From: a virus
DNA length: 49,320 nucleotides
Virus record (IMG/VR): IMGVR_UViG_3300021066_000003
Reading direction: 5' to 3' (one strand)
Below are positions 17,610-26,649 of this stretch, piece after piece. The notes beneath the pieces are model-generated. The model saw only the letters and a program-made list of their open reading frames with translations, did not search any database and was not told the DNA's origin. Within the stretch, counting starts at the first letter, position 1; the number at the start of each line of letters is the position of its first letter. The position numbers and the translations under genes were made by a program.

Positions 17610-18430
17610 GCGGCCATCCTGATTTGGCTAACCTGGCGCACGATGTCCTCGGCCAGGAATACTGAATCGGCGGCCTGTATGGCCCCTTCGTAGTCGAGAC
17701 GGCGCTGTTGCACCGCATCAAGGAAATGGGCCAGTTCGTCCTCCAATGGCGCCTTTTCGGCGAGGAGGTCAGCCCGCAGGTAGCCGTCCTCGGCATGCGG
17801 TGAGTCGACGTAGATGGTGTGCCACTCTCGCACGTTCTCGTCGTGGACACGGCTTGCGCGCAGATACGCATCGCTGCCGCAGGGGAAGTGCAGATGCGCT
17901 TCAGCATCGTCCGCGGAGCCTTTGGCTTTCTGCCACAACGGCATGCCCAGCATCGAGATCAGCAGGTCTAGGTCGTGGATCATGAGGTCGTGGACCACGT
18001 GCACGTCTAGGCACCGCCCGTTCTCTACCGAGCACCGGCTGATCTCGGCGATCACCGGCGCCTTCACCGCAGCCGCGAGCCGACGAAACGCCGGATTGAA
18101 GCGCTCGATGTGGCCGACATGCAGCACCGTCCCCATCCACCTCGCCCGCTCTACCAGGTCGATGGCTTCACTCGCGTACTGAGCCACCGGCTTCTCCACC
18201 AGTACATGCATGCCCTTGGAAATCAGCCCGTAGGCTAGATCGAAGTGCTGCGTGGTAGGGACGGCAACAATGGCAGCCCGGAACGGCCCTTGGCTGTTGC
18301 CAAGCTCGGTCGCAAGGCGCTCCAGCCGCACTTGGTCCACGTCCACTAGCCCGACTTCGAGGCCCATGCGGTGCAGAGTTCTGGCGTGGCGCTCGCCCAT
18401 CTTTCCGCAGCCGACGACGACGACCTTCAA
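17606..18430 (-). CDS. Gfo/Idh/MocA-family NAD(P)-dependent oxidoreductase (274 aa)
   Basis: N-terminal Rossmann motif MKVVVVGCGKMGERHA, the family hallmark VLVEKPVA, and GHIERFNPAF. It overlaps the portal stop. Confidence 0.75.
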   Translation of the reverse strand: MKVVVVGCGKMGERHARTLHRMGLEVGLVDVDQVRLERLATELGNSQGPFRAAIVAVPTTQHFDLAYGLISKGMHVLVEKPVAQYASEAIDLVERARWMGTVLHVGHIERFNPAFRRLAAAVKAPVIAEISRCSVENGRCLDVHVVHDLMIHDLDLLISMLGMPLWQKAKGSADDAEAHLHFPCGSDAYLRASRVHDENVREWHTIYVDSPHAEDGYLRADLLAEKAPLEDELAHFLDAVQQRRLDYEGAIQAADSVFLAEDIVRQVSQIRMAA

Positions 18431-20781
18431 GCGGCCACCATCGCATTTGCCCCACCGCCAGCGGAGGGCAAGGTCTCATCGAGCAGTTCACCGCCCTGCA
18501 CCGCAGGCATGGCCTGACCGCCGGGTTGCGGGGCGCCGGCAGGACCGGGCATGCCGGGCTTCTGGGTTTGCTGCCCGAACTGCTGTGCCGCGGCGAGCAT
18601 TGCCGCCTGCTGCTGCTCCAGCACCGCCTGCTGGGCCAATTTCTGCAGGTACGGGAAGAATATCGTCTGCACGAACTCCTCCGGGACCAGCCCGAACTCG
18701 TCGGACTGCGTGAACTCCTGCAGCTTCGCAAGGTGCTGGGCCGCACCTTCTGCCGGATCGCCGACAGGCATCTGCCCGTCCAGCATCATTGCGATGGCGT
18801 CCTCGACGAGGATCTTCGGCGTGAAGGCACCAGCGGTCGGAGGCGTCAGGTATCTGTCGGGGTCCAGGCCGTGCGCCTTTCCCTTGTCGCGGAACAGGCG
18901 GAACATGCCGTCCGGCTGCAGGATGCCAAGCTGGATGGCGAGCGGCGTGACGTACATGGCGATGATCTGGTCGAGGTTCTGCTGCATCGCCTCCTTCGAG
19001 GTGTTCAGGGCGTTCGCAGAGAAGTCGAACATGAAGGCGCCTTGAATGGTCGTCCGGTCCTCGATCGAGCGGTACGGGTCGTTCACCGCATCCTTGTAGC
19101 CGTTGATGAGGAACTGCTTTCCTTTCGGCAGGAATGCCTGGTTGTGGTTGTGGACGAGGCGCCAGATTTGCGTGAGACCGATGAAGAACCGGCGAAGCAC
19201 ACGCTCGGGCCGCGCGTCGCCCTGTGCTAGCACGGTCTGCATCCCGCTCACGGTACGAAGTGCCGAGGCCTTCCCCTGCGGCACGCGCCCCAGCTGGAGC
19301 TCGCCGATCGTCGTCAGGCGCTCCTCCATTTGCTGCAGCAGCGTGACCATGTTGAAGCCGAAGGCCTGGTTCTGGTTCCCGATGCTCGGGAAACTGACAT
19401 CCTTCTGCGGGTCGTTCAGCGGGTACATCTCGCCGGGCCACATCCGAATCACCTCCGGGCGCATGTTCGAGGTCGCACGGTAGAAGCCGAACGGCGTTGT
19501 CGACATCGTCCCCGAATCGCCCATGAGGTCGAAGAACATCTTCGACAGGTCGTGCAGCCCCTCCATCATCTCCAGCAATCCGATCGACGCCCTGCGCCCT
19601 GGAACCGGGAAGAGATGCGCTTCCGCGAACGGCCGCGTCGGGGTTTCGGCCGGGAACATCTGCGTGAGATAGCGCGCACGCAGCAGCGTCTCGGTTTCGA
19701 CGATGTACCACCAGATGACGTCCTCGTCCTTGCCGTCCTTGTCCACGTCGTAGCAGTCGAAGACCATGAGCCGCGTCAGCGTCTCGTGGCTCTGTACGTC
19801 CTTTTCCTTCGACTTCTGCTCCTGGTGCCCCTGCATGACGTCCTTCTGCTGCGCCTGCTCCTGGTACGACTCGTCCATCTTCGCAACGCCGAGCTTTTCG
19901 CGATCCTCCGGCGTCAGCAGGTCGTAGAAGGGCTTGTCCCCAGAGGCGAGGCGCTTGATCTCGTCGATCGAGGGGAAATCGCGCAACCACACGTGCGCGG
20001 CGCCCATCGGGTTCGATGGCCCGGGGATCTGCAGGTTTTCGCAACGCGCCGGATGCCCGACATCCTGGTAGTCCTTCGGAATGATCCGCGGACCTTCATA
20101 GCGAACCGCTTCGCGCTCGATCTCCACCTCGACCTCGCCGTCGTCCCGCGTGAAGAACGACGCGCGGTGCTTCTGCTTGCCTTCCTTGATGACCCAATCC
20201 CAGCCATCCTTGCCGGGGTCGAGATCGGCCTTCGGAAACTTGCCCTCAAGCCACATGCGGAAGAAGTCCGCCGGGTAGCCCTCGGCCGGCAACGCGCCGA
20301 TCGCGAAGAGGTCGATGACCTGGCGTGTCTCCTTCACCCACGGCACGTATGCGGTGTAGACGCCTTCGTTCACGAAGTCATGCGCAAGCGTGCCGATGAT
20401 TTCTTCCCCTGGCTGCTCGACGAAGACTTGGTAGTCGATCAGATGGTCCACGTCCTCCGTTTTCGGCTCGTCGTGTTTTTTGGTCGCCTTCGCCATCACG
20501 CACGGGCGCGACGACATGACAGCGTTGTGCAGCGTGTCCTGCAGTCGCATCGACGCGGTCATCATGTCCGGGATCGCCGCATCGGTCGCGTTCTCCCAAG
20601 GCCAGTCTCGCCCCTCGGTCCACATGCGGTACTTCGCATAGCGCTGCAGTCGCGCGTCTATGTCCTGCGAGCGGTTCGTGTTGTCGTCCTGATAGAACCG
20701 CTTGATGCGTTCTACGATCTTTCCCCTGTCGACGCTGATCGAACTGATTCGAGGTCTTTCTCGCTTCATGAGGTCAGCCAT
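18427..20781 (-). CDS. Portal protein (784 aa)
   Basis: The largest head-module protein, sitting between the terminase and scaffold genes. ATG at 20781 ([14 protein letters not shown]...). It has an acidic core and a Gln/Ala/Gly-rich C-terminal tail. Confidence 0.8.
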   Translation of the reverse strand: MADLMKRERPRISSISVDRGKIVERIKRFYQDDNTNRSQDIDARLQRYAKYRMWTEGRDWPWENATDAAIPDMMTASMRLQDTLHNAVMSSRPCVMAKATKKHDEPKTEDVDHLIDYQVFVEQPGEEIIGTLAHDFVNEGVYTAYVPWVKETRQVIDLFAIGALPAEGYPADFFRMWLEGKFPKADLDPGKDGWDWVIKEGKQKHRASFFTRDDGEVEVEIEREAVRYEGPRIIPKDYQDVGHPARCENLQIPGPSNPMGAAHVWLRDFPSIDEIKRLASGDKPFYDLLTPEDREKLGVAKMDESYQEQAQQKDVMQGHQEQKSKEKDVQSHETLTRLMVFDCYDVDKDGKDEDVIWWYIVETETLLRARYLTQMFPAETPTRPFAEAHLFPVPGRRASIGLLEMMEGLHDLSKMFFDLMGDSGTMSTTPFGFYRATSNMRPEVIRMWPGEMYPLNDPQKDVSFPSIGNQNQAFGFNMVTLLQQMEERLTTIGELQLGRVPQGKASALRTVSGMQTVLAQGDARPERVLRRFFIGLTQIWRLVHNHNQAFLPKGKQFLINGYKDAVNDPYRSIEDRTTIQGAFMFDFSANALNTSKEAMQQNLDQIIAMYVTPLAIQLGILQPDGMFRLFRDKGKAHGLDPDRYLTPPTAGAFTPKILVEDAIAMMLDGQMPVGDPAEGAAQHLAKLQEFTQSDEFGLVPEEFVQTIFFPYLQKLAQQAVLEQQQAAMLAAAQQFGQQTQKPGMPGPAGAPQPGGQAMPAVQGGELLDETLPSAGGGANAMVAA

Positions 20782-21130
20782 TCGCCATCTCCATCCAGCT
20801 ACGCCGCCCCATCTCGCAGAGCAGGCCATTCGCGAATTCGTCGCGGAACTTGTCTACCTTCCCGTCCTGCTCGCGCATGTAGCCTGCGAGGTTCCGACGC
20901 CACAGAACCGTGTACTGCGACGGGTTTAGCGTCTGTGCGCAACGACCGCAAAAGGTGAAATCCGCGCGCCGACCGTCTATGAGAATGAAAGTCACGCGCA
21001 CGGCATCTTCGTTCGGAGGACCAAGGCGCTTCGGCTCGCCCGCCCGCTTTTCGCCTTCATCCCATCGCTGCAGAACCTCAAAGCAGGGCTCGTCGCAAAT
21101 GGAGCAGCAGCCCGGAATCTTGTGCGTCAC
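20774..21130 (-). CDS. Cys-rich (zinc-finger-like) protein (118 aa)
   Basis: GTG at 21130 overlaps the upstream TGA (GTGA). Contains ...[15 protein letters not shown]...FTFCGRCAQ... Confidence 0.6.
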   Translation of the reverse strand: MTHKIPGCCSICDEPCFEVLQRWDEGEKRAGEPKRLGPPNEDAVRVTFILIDGRRADFTFCGRCAQTLNPSQYTVLWRRNLAGYMREQDGKVDKFRDEFANGLLCEMGRRSWMEMANG

Positions 21131-21987
21131 GGCACAACCCTCCAACGAAGGAACGAGCCCGCCTTTGCCGTAACTGCCGTGCCGGCGGTCTCACTCGCAA
21201 GCTGAATCCTGACGCTGCCGACAGGCGCGGCACCGGCATCGCAGTTGCCCCATACCGTCGTCGGCCAAGACTGCGTCGTGTTCGGCAGTCCGCCGACCGG
21301 GATGAGGAGCGAGGCACCAATGTTTCCTCTCGCGTTCAGGACCGCCGTCGCGCTCTGGGCCTCCTCGATGTTCGCGCAGCCATCCGTGAGTCCTGCGGCC
21401 CATGCGAGACCCAATCGCGGATTCGCGGACGCTGTGGCGGTTCTCAGCCTGATCTGTCCCTCGAACTCGTAGCGCGTGTTGGCCGATGGCATGAATCCAA
21501 GCCCGATCACGTCAACCGCAGCGGTCAGCGCAGTGGAAAAATCGCTTGTCAGGCGGGCATAAATCCATCCATCACCGGACTGCGGGCTGGTCCAATGGGT
21601 CGCGTAGTCGGCATCGGAACTCTTCGCGAGAATCTGCCCGGTGGTTCCGCCGGCCGGGACTCCCTGCCCGTCCTGACCGTCAGCACCAGCTGGGCCTTGC
21701 GGACCTTGGGCGCCCGCCGCCCCCGGAGCGCCATCGGCACCAGCCGGCCCAGGTTCTCCCTGCGGTCCTTGCGGCCCAGCGGCGCCCTGAAGTCCTTGCG
21801 GCCCCTGTTCCCCATCTTGTCCTGGCGGGCCGGCCTCGATCGTCACCGTGACTTCCGCCTGGTCAGACGTCGTGCTGCGAGTAAGCGTCACCGCAGGCCC
21901 GACAAAGTTGAGCGTGCTCACCTCCTGCCCGAGCCTCACCCCGTCCTTCGCCACGTCGATGAACCACGTTCTCGGCTTCGTGTTCAC
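21127..21987 (-). CDS. Collagen-like repeat fibre protein (286 aa)
   Basis: Nineteen uninterrupted G-X-Y triplets ([57 protein letters not shown]), then [21 protein letters not shown] and a globular C-terminal domain. Confidence 0.85.
   Translation of the reverse strand: MNTKPRTWFIDVAKDGVRLGQEVSTLNFVGPAVTLTRSTTSDQAEVTVTIEAGPPGQDGEQGPQGLQGAAGPQGPQGEPGPAGADGAPGAAGAQGPQGPAGADGQDGQGVPAGGTTGQILAKSSDADYATHWTSPQSGDGWIYARLTSDFSTALTAAVDVIGLGFMPSANTRYEFEGQIRLRTATASANPRLGLAWAAGLTDGCANIEEAQSATAVLNARGNIGASLLIPVGGLPNTTQSWPTTVWGNCDAGAAPVGSVRIQLASETAGTAVTAKAGSFLRWRVVP
21661..21831 (-). repeat. G-X-Y (collagen) triplet repeat coding region
   Basis: Residues 53-109 of the 21127..21987 product form 19 consecutive Gly-X-Y triplets. 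Confidence 0.9.
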
Positions 21988-22148
21988 GGCTTACGCTCTA
22001 AGTTCGTGCCGCAGGCGCACGTCTTCGGTAGTGGATCCGGGTTCGTCTTGTGCACGTAGGCTCCCTCGCTTCCGGTAGGAATGCGCAGGATCTCGCCCTT
22101 CTCCTCCCTGCAGCGGGGGCACCAGACCTTAGCTTCTAGCTCAGGCAT
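21984..22148 (-). CDS. Zinc-ribbon mini-protein (54 aa), not in the ORF track
   Basis: My translation is [54 protein letters not shown]. The start overlaps the upstream gene by 8 nt, and its TGA overlaps the GTG of the collagen-like gene (GTGA). Confidence 0.55.
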   Translation of the reverse strand: MPELEAKVWCPRCREEKGEILRIPTGSEGAYVHKTNPDPLPKTCACGTNLERKP

Positions 22149-22377
22149 CTGGGACGTCCGGTAACTTGAAGCCGCTTTGGCCGTACTGCTCGATCAGCTT
22201 CTCGCGCTTGCCTTTGAACACCGTGGCAACAGACAGCCGCTCCGCTTCCTCGGCTTCCTGGAATGCATTCGCGACCTTCTCGCATGCCTCGCAGTAGTCA
22301 CGTTTGATGACCATGCCGACAACCTTCGCTTCCTTGATCGCGCAGCCGCAGCCATCGCAGGAGTAAGAAACCGCCAC
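22141..22377 (-). CDS. Zinc-ribbon protein (78 aa)
   Basis: MAVSYSCDGCGCAIKEAKVVGMVIKRDYCEACEKV... It sits directly after the terminase large-subunit stop. Confidence 0.65.
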   Translation of the reverse strand: MAVSYSCDGCGCAIKEAKVVGMVIKRDYCEACEKVANAFQEAEEAERLSVATVFKGKREKLIEQYGQSGFKLPDVPDA

Positions 22378-24029
22378 TAGCGCCTCCCCTTGTAGCGCCG
22401 CACGACCGGGGCGCCTTGCCGAAGGAACGAAAACACCGGGTCCGCGTTCGCGAGATATTTCAAAAGCGTCGGGAAATCATCGTTGGTGTCCTTCGGCGCT
22501 TGCTTGATGTCGCGATCGACGTTTTTAGAGAACTCTGCCCAGACATAGCGGTTCATCTGGTAGATCGTGTCCTTGCATCGCGGATGAATGCGGATGCGTG
22601 GCGCCAGCGTGCTCGGATCCGGTTTCAGGTACTGGTTGATCCTGGAGCGCCCGACGTCAACATCGCTCGCAAGGTCGCAGTGCAGGCCAGCCGCGGTGAA
22701 CTCGTCCTGCCACGAGACTTCGCGGCGCTGCCCGGAAGGTGAGGCCCCCATGTTCGGGTCCATCCAGCGTTGCGCAACCGTGATCCCTAGGTCCTTCTCG
22801 ATGCGGTGCACGGCCTCGCGCACCTCGACGCAATCGCCTTCGAGCTTCCCGTCAGACACGACCCACCAGTCGTCCTTAGGGTCGATTTGCACGTGCAGCC
22901 ACATATGCGGCTTTCGCGGATGGGGGTCGAGCAGGAAAACGCTCGGCCACGTCGAGGATGCATCGAATTCCTGCACGTGGCTGTAGTCGACGATGTGCTC
23001 GGACCCGCAGATACCGCACATCGGCTTGATCGTCTGACCAGGGACCTTGACGACCGACTTCCCGCACGGGAAGCACCAGGTCTTCGTGCTGTCGGTAAAG
23101 TCCGGGTGTATGCGGTTCGAGAAGCGAATCGGACGCCCGTAGATGCGAACGTTGCGCATCTCCGTCGACCACTTCTCAGCCTGCGCCGACACCGCCTCCT
23201 GGTTAAGGTGCGGGTTCTCCGTCGTCCAGAGCTCGAACCACTGGATGTTCGGGTCGGAGGCCTGCAGCCCGGGTTCGTAGACCTCGTTGTAGAGCCAGTC
23301 CACCGGAATGCTCGGGTCGTCCGGCCAAGTCATCGCAAGCTTCAGGCGCCCGTTGACGCGCATCGTCCGCGCCTCGTTCTCCCGCCACTGCGGCAGGATC
23401 GGCGGCTCGTCGTGGTCGATGATGTGAAAGTCGCCAGAGGCAAAGTCGGTCGGGTCCATGTCCTTCGACATGATCTGGTAAGTCGACTCACCGACGATTC
23501 GCTCCGGGTCGAAGGGATCCCTGCACAGCACCCGCAGCGTCCGCGTCTTCGAAGACCAGGAGCGTTCCCACTCCCCGTCGATCAAGCACATCTTCGGCAC
23601 CCAGCCCCAATGGCCTCTCTCGCCGCCGGGCCGATCGACTCCGGTCCACTTCCACCACTGCAGCTTGGGCAGGATGACGTTGTCGAGGGTGTTCGTGAGA
23701 GATTCGATGACGAGCCGGCAGTTCACCGGCCCGCGGAACTTCTGCTTGATGAGGTGTCGCTGCGAGTAGGGGAAGACGCCGGTCATGCACATCACCGTGT
23801 CCACGATCATCGCCTCTGACTTCCCCGAGCCGTTGCCGCCACCGATACCGGCGACTTTGGCCGCGGTGTCGTGAAAGGCCTGTACCTTCGGGCTGTTCGG
23901 CTTGTAGAAGAGAAGCTGGTTTTCCTTGCGGTCCTGCTCTGAAATCTTCAGCGCCGTGCGGAAAAGCTGCTCGAACTGCTCTTGAGGCAGTCCTTGCAGG
24001 TCGGCGCTGTCGAGTTCAGCGAGGTTCAA
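22377..24029 (-). CDS. terL: Terminase large subunit (550 aa)
   Basis: Walker A-like AGIGGGNGSGKSEA near the N-terminus, an acidic nuclease-type C-terminal half, and its position after a small HTH protein and before the portal gene. Confidence 0.85.
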   Translation of the reverse strand: MNLAELDSADLQGLPQEQFEQLFRTALKISEQDRKENQLLFYKPNSPKVQAFHDTAAKVAGIGGGNGSGKSEAMIVDTVMCMTGVFPYSQRHLIKQKFRGPVNCRLVIESLTNTLDNVILPKLQWWKWTGVDRPGGERGHWGWVPKMCLIDGEWERSWSSKTRTLRVLCRDPFDPERIVGESTYQIMSKDMDPTDFASGDFHIIDHDEPPILPQWRENEARTMRVNGRLKLAMTWPDDPSIPVDWLYNEVYEPGLQASDPNIQWFELWTTENPHLNQEAVSAQAEKWSTEMRNVRIYGRPIRFSNRIHPDFTDSTKTWCFPCGKSVVKVPGQTIKPMCGICGSEHIVDYSHVQEFDASSTWPSVFLLDPHPRKPHMWLHVQIDPKDDWWVVSDGKLEGDCVEVREAVHRIEKDLGITVAQRWMDPNMGASPSGQRREVSWQDEFTAAGLHCDLASDVDVGRSRINQYLKPDPSTLAPRIRIHPRCKDTIYQMNRYVWAEFSKNVDRDIKQAPKDTNDDFPTLLKYLANADPVFSFLRQGAPVVRRYKGRR

Positions 24030-24741
24030 CGACTTCTCCCGTCTTCGAGTCCACCGTCACCGCCTCGCGCCGCTTCGCCTCGGCGAGCAACGCCGGCATG
24101 AGTTCGTGCAGTTTCTTGCGATCGGCGTCCGATATGATCTGCGTCGGCTCACCGCGCAGGAGGTTGCGCTTCTCGATGAGCGCAGTCATGCCGAGCATAA
24201 TGTCGCGGGCGGAAGCCTCGCCCATCACCTTGTCGTCCAGGTAGAAGGCGGCAAGGTCGATCTTCTTGCCCAGCATCTCCAGAATCTCGGCGGTGCGCAG
24301 TTCCTTCGTCGCGTACACGGCGCCCGCATACTTGGACGCCAAGCGCTTCACCAGGGACTCGCTTACCTTCGCCGGAAGCCCGGCAGCCTGCAGCTGCTTG
24401 TTGACCGCGTCGATCGCCTCTTTCTTGCGATCGAGCCACGGGTCAGAAGCCGCCATGATCGCCGCAGCGGCCACTTCCGGCTGCCTGAACTCGGCGCCGA
24501 TACCGGGGCGCTCTCCTTTCTTCATCCCGAGCTTGCGGTAGCACGCCTGCAGCGTCTTCGACACGACCGGCTGAGAGATACCGCACTCCGCGGCGATCTC
24601 GGCCCTGGTTTTCCCGGCCATCTTCATGTCGAAGATGCGCTGCTGCTTCTCGGTGAGCTTCCTGCGGTCGGCCGGCGCAGACCCATCCCCAGAAGAGGAG
24701 GAGGGGTGTTCCGGGGCGGGGGTCTGCGCGGCCTGGTCCAT
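24016..24741 (-). CDS. terS: Terminase small subunit candidate with an N-terminal LuxR/sigma70-r4-type HTH (241 aa)
   Basis: LTEKQQRIFDMKMAGKTRAEIAAECGISQPVVSKTLQ. A 14-nt overlap with the terL start. Confidence 0.6.
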   Translation of the reverse strand: MDQAAQTPAPEHPSSSSGDGSAPADRRKLTEKQQRIFDMKMAGKTRAEIAAECGISQPVVSKTLQACYRKLGMKKGERPGIGAEFRQPEVAAAAIMAASDPWLDRKKEAIDAVNKQLQAAGLPAKVSESLVKRLASKYAGAVYATKELRTAEILEMLGKKIDLAAFYLDDKVMGEASARDIMLGMTALIEKRNLLRGEPTQIISDADRKKLHELMPALLAEAKRREAVTVDSKTGEVVEPR

Positions 24742-25007
24742 CAGTGCGTCTGCTTCAGCACGATTCGTTTTGCGTCTTCTTCCGTGATCGGTTTGGCTGC
24801 GAACTCGGCTTCGACCTCCCTCGCAAGCGCCAGACGTCCGCGGTACTCCCCTACCGCAAGCCCTTGCTGGTAGGCCACCATCCGGGCAATGTCGATCTGG
24901 TTACGCCACTCAGCTTCGGCAATCTCGGTTGGAGAGCCCACTTGCGGCAGCGTTACAACCGGGGTCTCAATCACTCCGAAAAACCACCAGCGCAGCCATT
25001 TACGCAT
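24741..25007 (-). CDS. Hypothetical protein with a hydrophobic N-terminus (88 aa)
   Basis: Track ORF. MRKWLRWWFFGVIETPVV... Adjacent genes share start and stop bases. Confidence 0.55.
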   Translation of the reverse strand: MRKWLRWWFFGVIETPVVTLPQVGSPTEIAEAEWRNQIDIARMVAYQQGLAVGEYRGRLALAREVEAEFAAKPITEEDAKRIVLKQTH

Positions 25008-25225
25008 CAGTGCACCTCGTTATGCACGATCACGCCCTCTACGTCCTTGGGACCGCACCAGCAGTCGTGCAGCGCGTTGTGGTTCGGCCCGTAAGTCGGT
25101 ACGACCACGATCCGCTCGATCTCCTGGTCGTCCCTGAAGTCGAGCGTCAGCCACCCCCACTGCCTGTCCTTCTTTCGAATGCAGATTTTTGGACTCACGC
25201 TTCCTCCCAAGACGTCCAGAGGCAT
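25007..25225 (-). CDS. Hypothetical protein (72 aa)
   Basis: Track ORF with protein-like composition (…KICIRKKDRQWGWLTLDFRDDQEIERIVVVPTYGPNHNALHDCWCGPKD…). Confidence 0.55.
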   Translation of the reverse strand: MPLDVLGGSVSPKICIRKKDRQWGWLTLDFRDDQEIERIVVVPTYGPNHNALHDCWCGPKDVEGVIVHNEVH

Positions 25226-25255
25226 ACAGCCACCCGGCTGCGTTCGCCGCGGCGC

Positions 25256-25486
25256 TCACGCCAACCCCCACAGCCGCTTGTAGGCAAGAATCTTTCGCTT
25301 CCAGTCCTTGAAGCCCGCCCAGCGCAGCACGAGTTCGTTCAGCTTCACGTCGCATCCCGAACACAGCGGCCGGAAAAGGCGCTTGTCGGAGCAAATCTGC
25401 CACTGGTGAAACGAAGGGCGCCCGCACCGTATGCAGGGCACGCGCGATATGCCGCGGTTCGTGTACGGGGCTCGCCGGCCATGCAT
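25256..25486 (-). CDS. Zinc-finger protein (76 aa)
   Basis: ATG at 25486. ...VPCIRCGRPSFHQWQICSDKRLFRPLCSGCDVKLNELVLRWAG... Confidence 0.55.
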   Translation of the reverse strand: MHGRRAPYTNRGISRVPCIRCGRPSFHQWQICSDKRLFRPLCSGCDVKLNELVLRWAGFKDWKRKILAYKRLWGLA

Positions 25487-25692
25487 CAATTCGGCCCCCA
25501 CTTCGTCGGATCCTGCAGACCCGACCACACAACCCGACCGCTCGACAACCACATCCGAACACCCGAGTACACAACCTTCGGCCGCTCACCAGCGACCAGC
25601 GGCAACACCGCACCAGCCTTGAAGGGACAGCGCGCAAGCCCGCCCACGGCGCACGTAAAACACACCTGACCAGGAGACACCGCGCAGGTCAT
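25486..25692 (-). CDS. Small Cys-containing protein (68 aa)
   Basis: It bridges its neighbours exactly: ATG 25692 overlaps the upstream TGA (ATGA), and its TGA overlaps the next ATG (TGATG). Sequence is MTCAVSPGQVCFTCAVGGLARCPF... Confidence 0.4.
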   Translation of the reverse strand: MTCAVSPGQVCFTCAVGGLARCPFKAGAVLPLVAGERPKVVYSGVRMWLSSGRVVWSGLQDPTKWGPN

Positions 25693-25991
25693 GCCAGATC
25701 TCCAGTTGCCGTTCTGCCGTAGGGAATGGCCGGCCCTCGCTTCAGGTTGCACGAGATGCACACCGGGTCGACGTCGGTCGGCTTGTTGTAGTCGCGATGG
25801 TCGTAATGCTTCGCTTGCCGACCGCAGTCGACGCAGGCGCACTCAGAAATAGGGCGAAGCTGCCCCAACCGAATTGCTCGCCTTACGGCGTACTCGACGC
25901 TGCACGGCTTCCCGCCAGAAAAGCACTCGTCGCAATACGCGGCCCGCGGCGTCCTCGTCTCGCGCTTGCGGCAAACGACGCAAATCTTCAT
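25689..25991 (-). CDS. Cys-rich zinc-finger protein (100 aa)
   Basis: MKICVVCRKRETRTPRAAYCDECF...CACVDCGRQAKHYDHRDYNKPTDVDPVCISCNLKRG. Confidence 0.6.
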   Translation of the reverse strand: MKICVVCRKRETRTPRAAYCDECFSGGKPCSVEYAVRRAIRLGQLRPISECACVDCGRQAKHYDHRDYNKPTDVDPVCISCNLKRGPAIPYGRTATGDLA

Positions 25992-26278
25992 GCCCGTCCC
26001 CAACGAGCCCGAGCACCAGACCGAGCGATTTCCGCCCGACGCTCAGGGGACAACCTAGCAGCCCGCACCACGCCGCCAACCCGCCCGCCGCGGCTCCCAA
26101 GGCTCCTCATCCTCTGCTTGAGCGGCGATGCTTGACCGGGCGCCGCCGCCTTCGCCGCATGCGCGGCAGCCTGCTTCCCCACCACCGAAGTCACACGCGA
26201 GGGCGAAGAATCAGAAACTGGGAAACAGACGTGCCTCCACTCCTCCTCACCGCACGTCCGACACTTCGGCGGCTTCAT
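25988..26278 (-). CDS. Small basic protein with an N-terminal CxxC (96 aa)
   Basis: MKPPKCRTCGEEEWRHVCF...LSPERRAEIARSGARARW. ATGA overlaps at both ends. Confidence 0.55.
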   Translation of the reverse strand: MKPPKCRTCGEEEWRHVCFPVSDSSPSRVTSVVGKQAAAHAAKAAAPGQASPLKQRMRSLGSRGGRVGGVVRAARLSPERRAEIARSGARARWGRA

Positions 26279-26649
26279 GCGGGTGCGGCTCCTGCCCCAA
26301 GGTGAGAGAGAGGGATGGGACGACGTGAGCTCGCCCCGGGGGGTGCACCGATTCGCCTTGCCTGGCCTTCGATCGCCTGCAGCTGGTCCGCGTTTGGCTT
26401 CGCGCTTCTATCTACGTCAGGAACGATGAGCCTATGCATCAAGGCCTTAGCGCTGCGTTCCTGCCTTGCCTGGCCGGAATGCCCATATTGCTGCGCTGCG
26501 TGCGTGCCCATGCCGGCCGATCCGAGCTCACGCCCATTGCCGAGCGTGCCCGATGCCGTGCCTGTCGGATTTTCGACAGTGCGCGCACGCGAACGTAATT
26601 CGACTCTTTGACCCGTCCCCCCGCCTGTCAGGTGTCGTGGATTCGTCAC
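26275..26649 (-). CDS. Possible Gly/Arg-rich protein, start uncertain (up to 124 aa)
   Basis: The frame ends with an ATGA overlap onto the next gene. GTG at 26649 overlaps the upstream TGA (GTGA). Internal ATGs at 26511 and 26439 are alternative starts. The composition is low-complexity. Confidence 0.3.
   Translation of the reverse strand: MTNPRHLTGGGTGQRVELRSRARTVENPTGTASGTLGNGRELGSAGMGTHAAQQYGHSGQARQERSAKALMHRLIVPDVDRSAKPNADQLQAIEGQARRIGAPPGASSRRPIPLSHLGAGAAPA

Noticed and set aside
18488-20958. 518-aa minus-strand alternate-frame ORF (18488..20044) and 542-aa plus-strand ORF (19330..20958) overlapping the portal gene
   Set aside because: Both are Arg/Pro/Gly/Ala-dominated shadow frames. 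The portal frame (18427..20781) has balanced composition and the expected synteny.
22806-23819. 337-aa plus-strand ORF inside the terminase large-subunit gene
   Set aside because: It is antisense to terL, which carries the Walker A motif. The composition is a low-complexity Arg/Leu/Val/Pro shadow.
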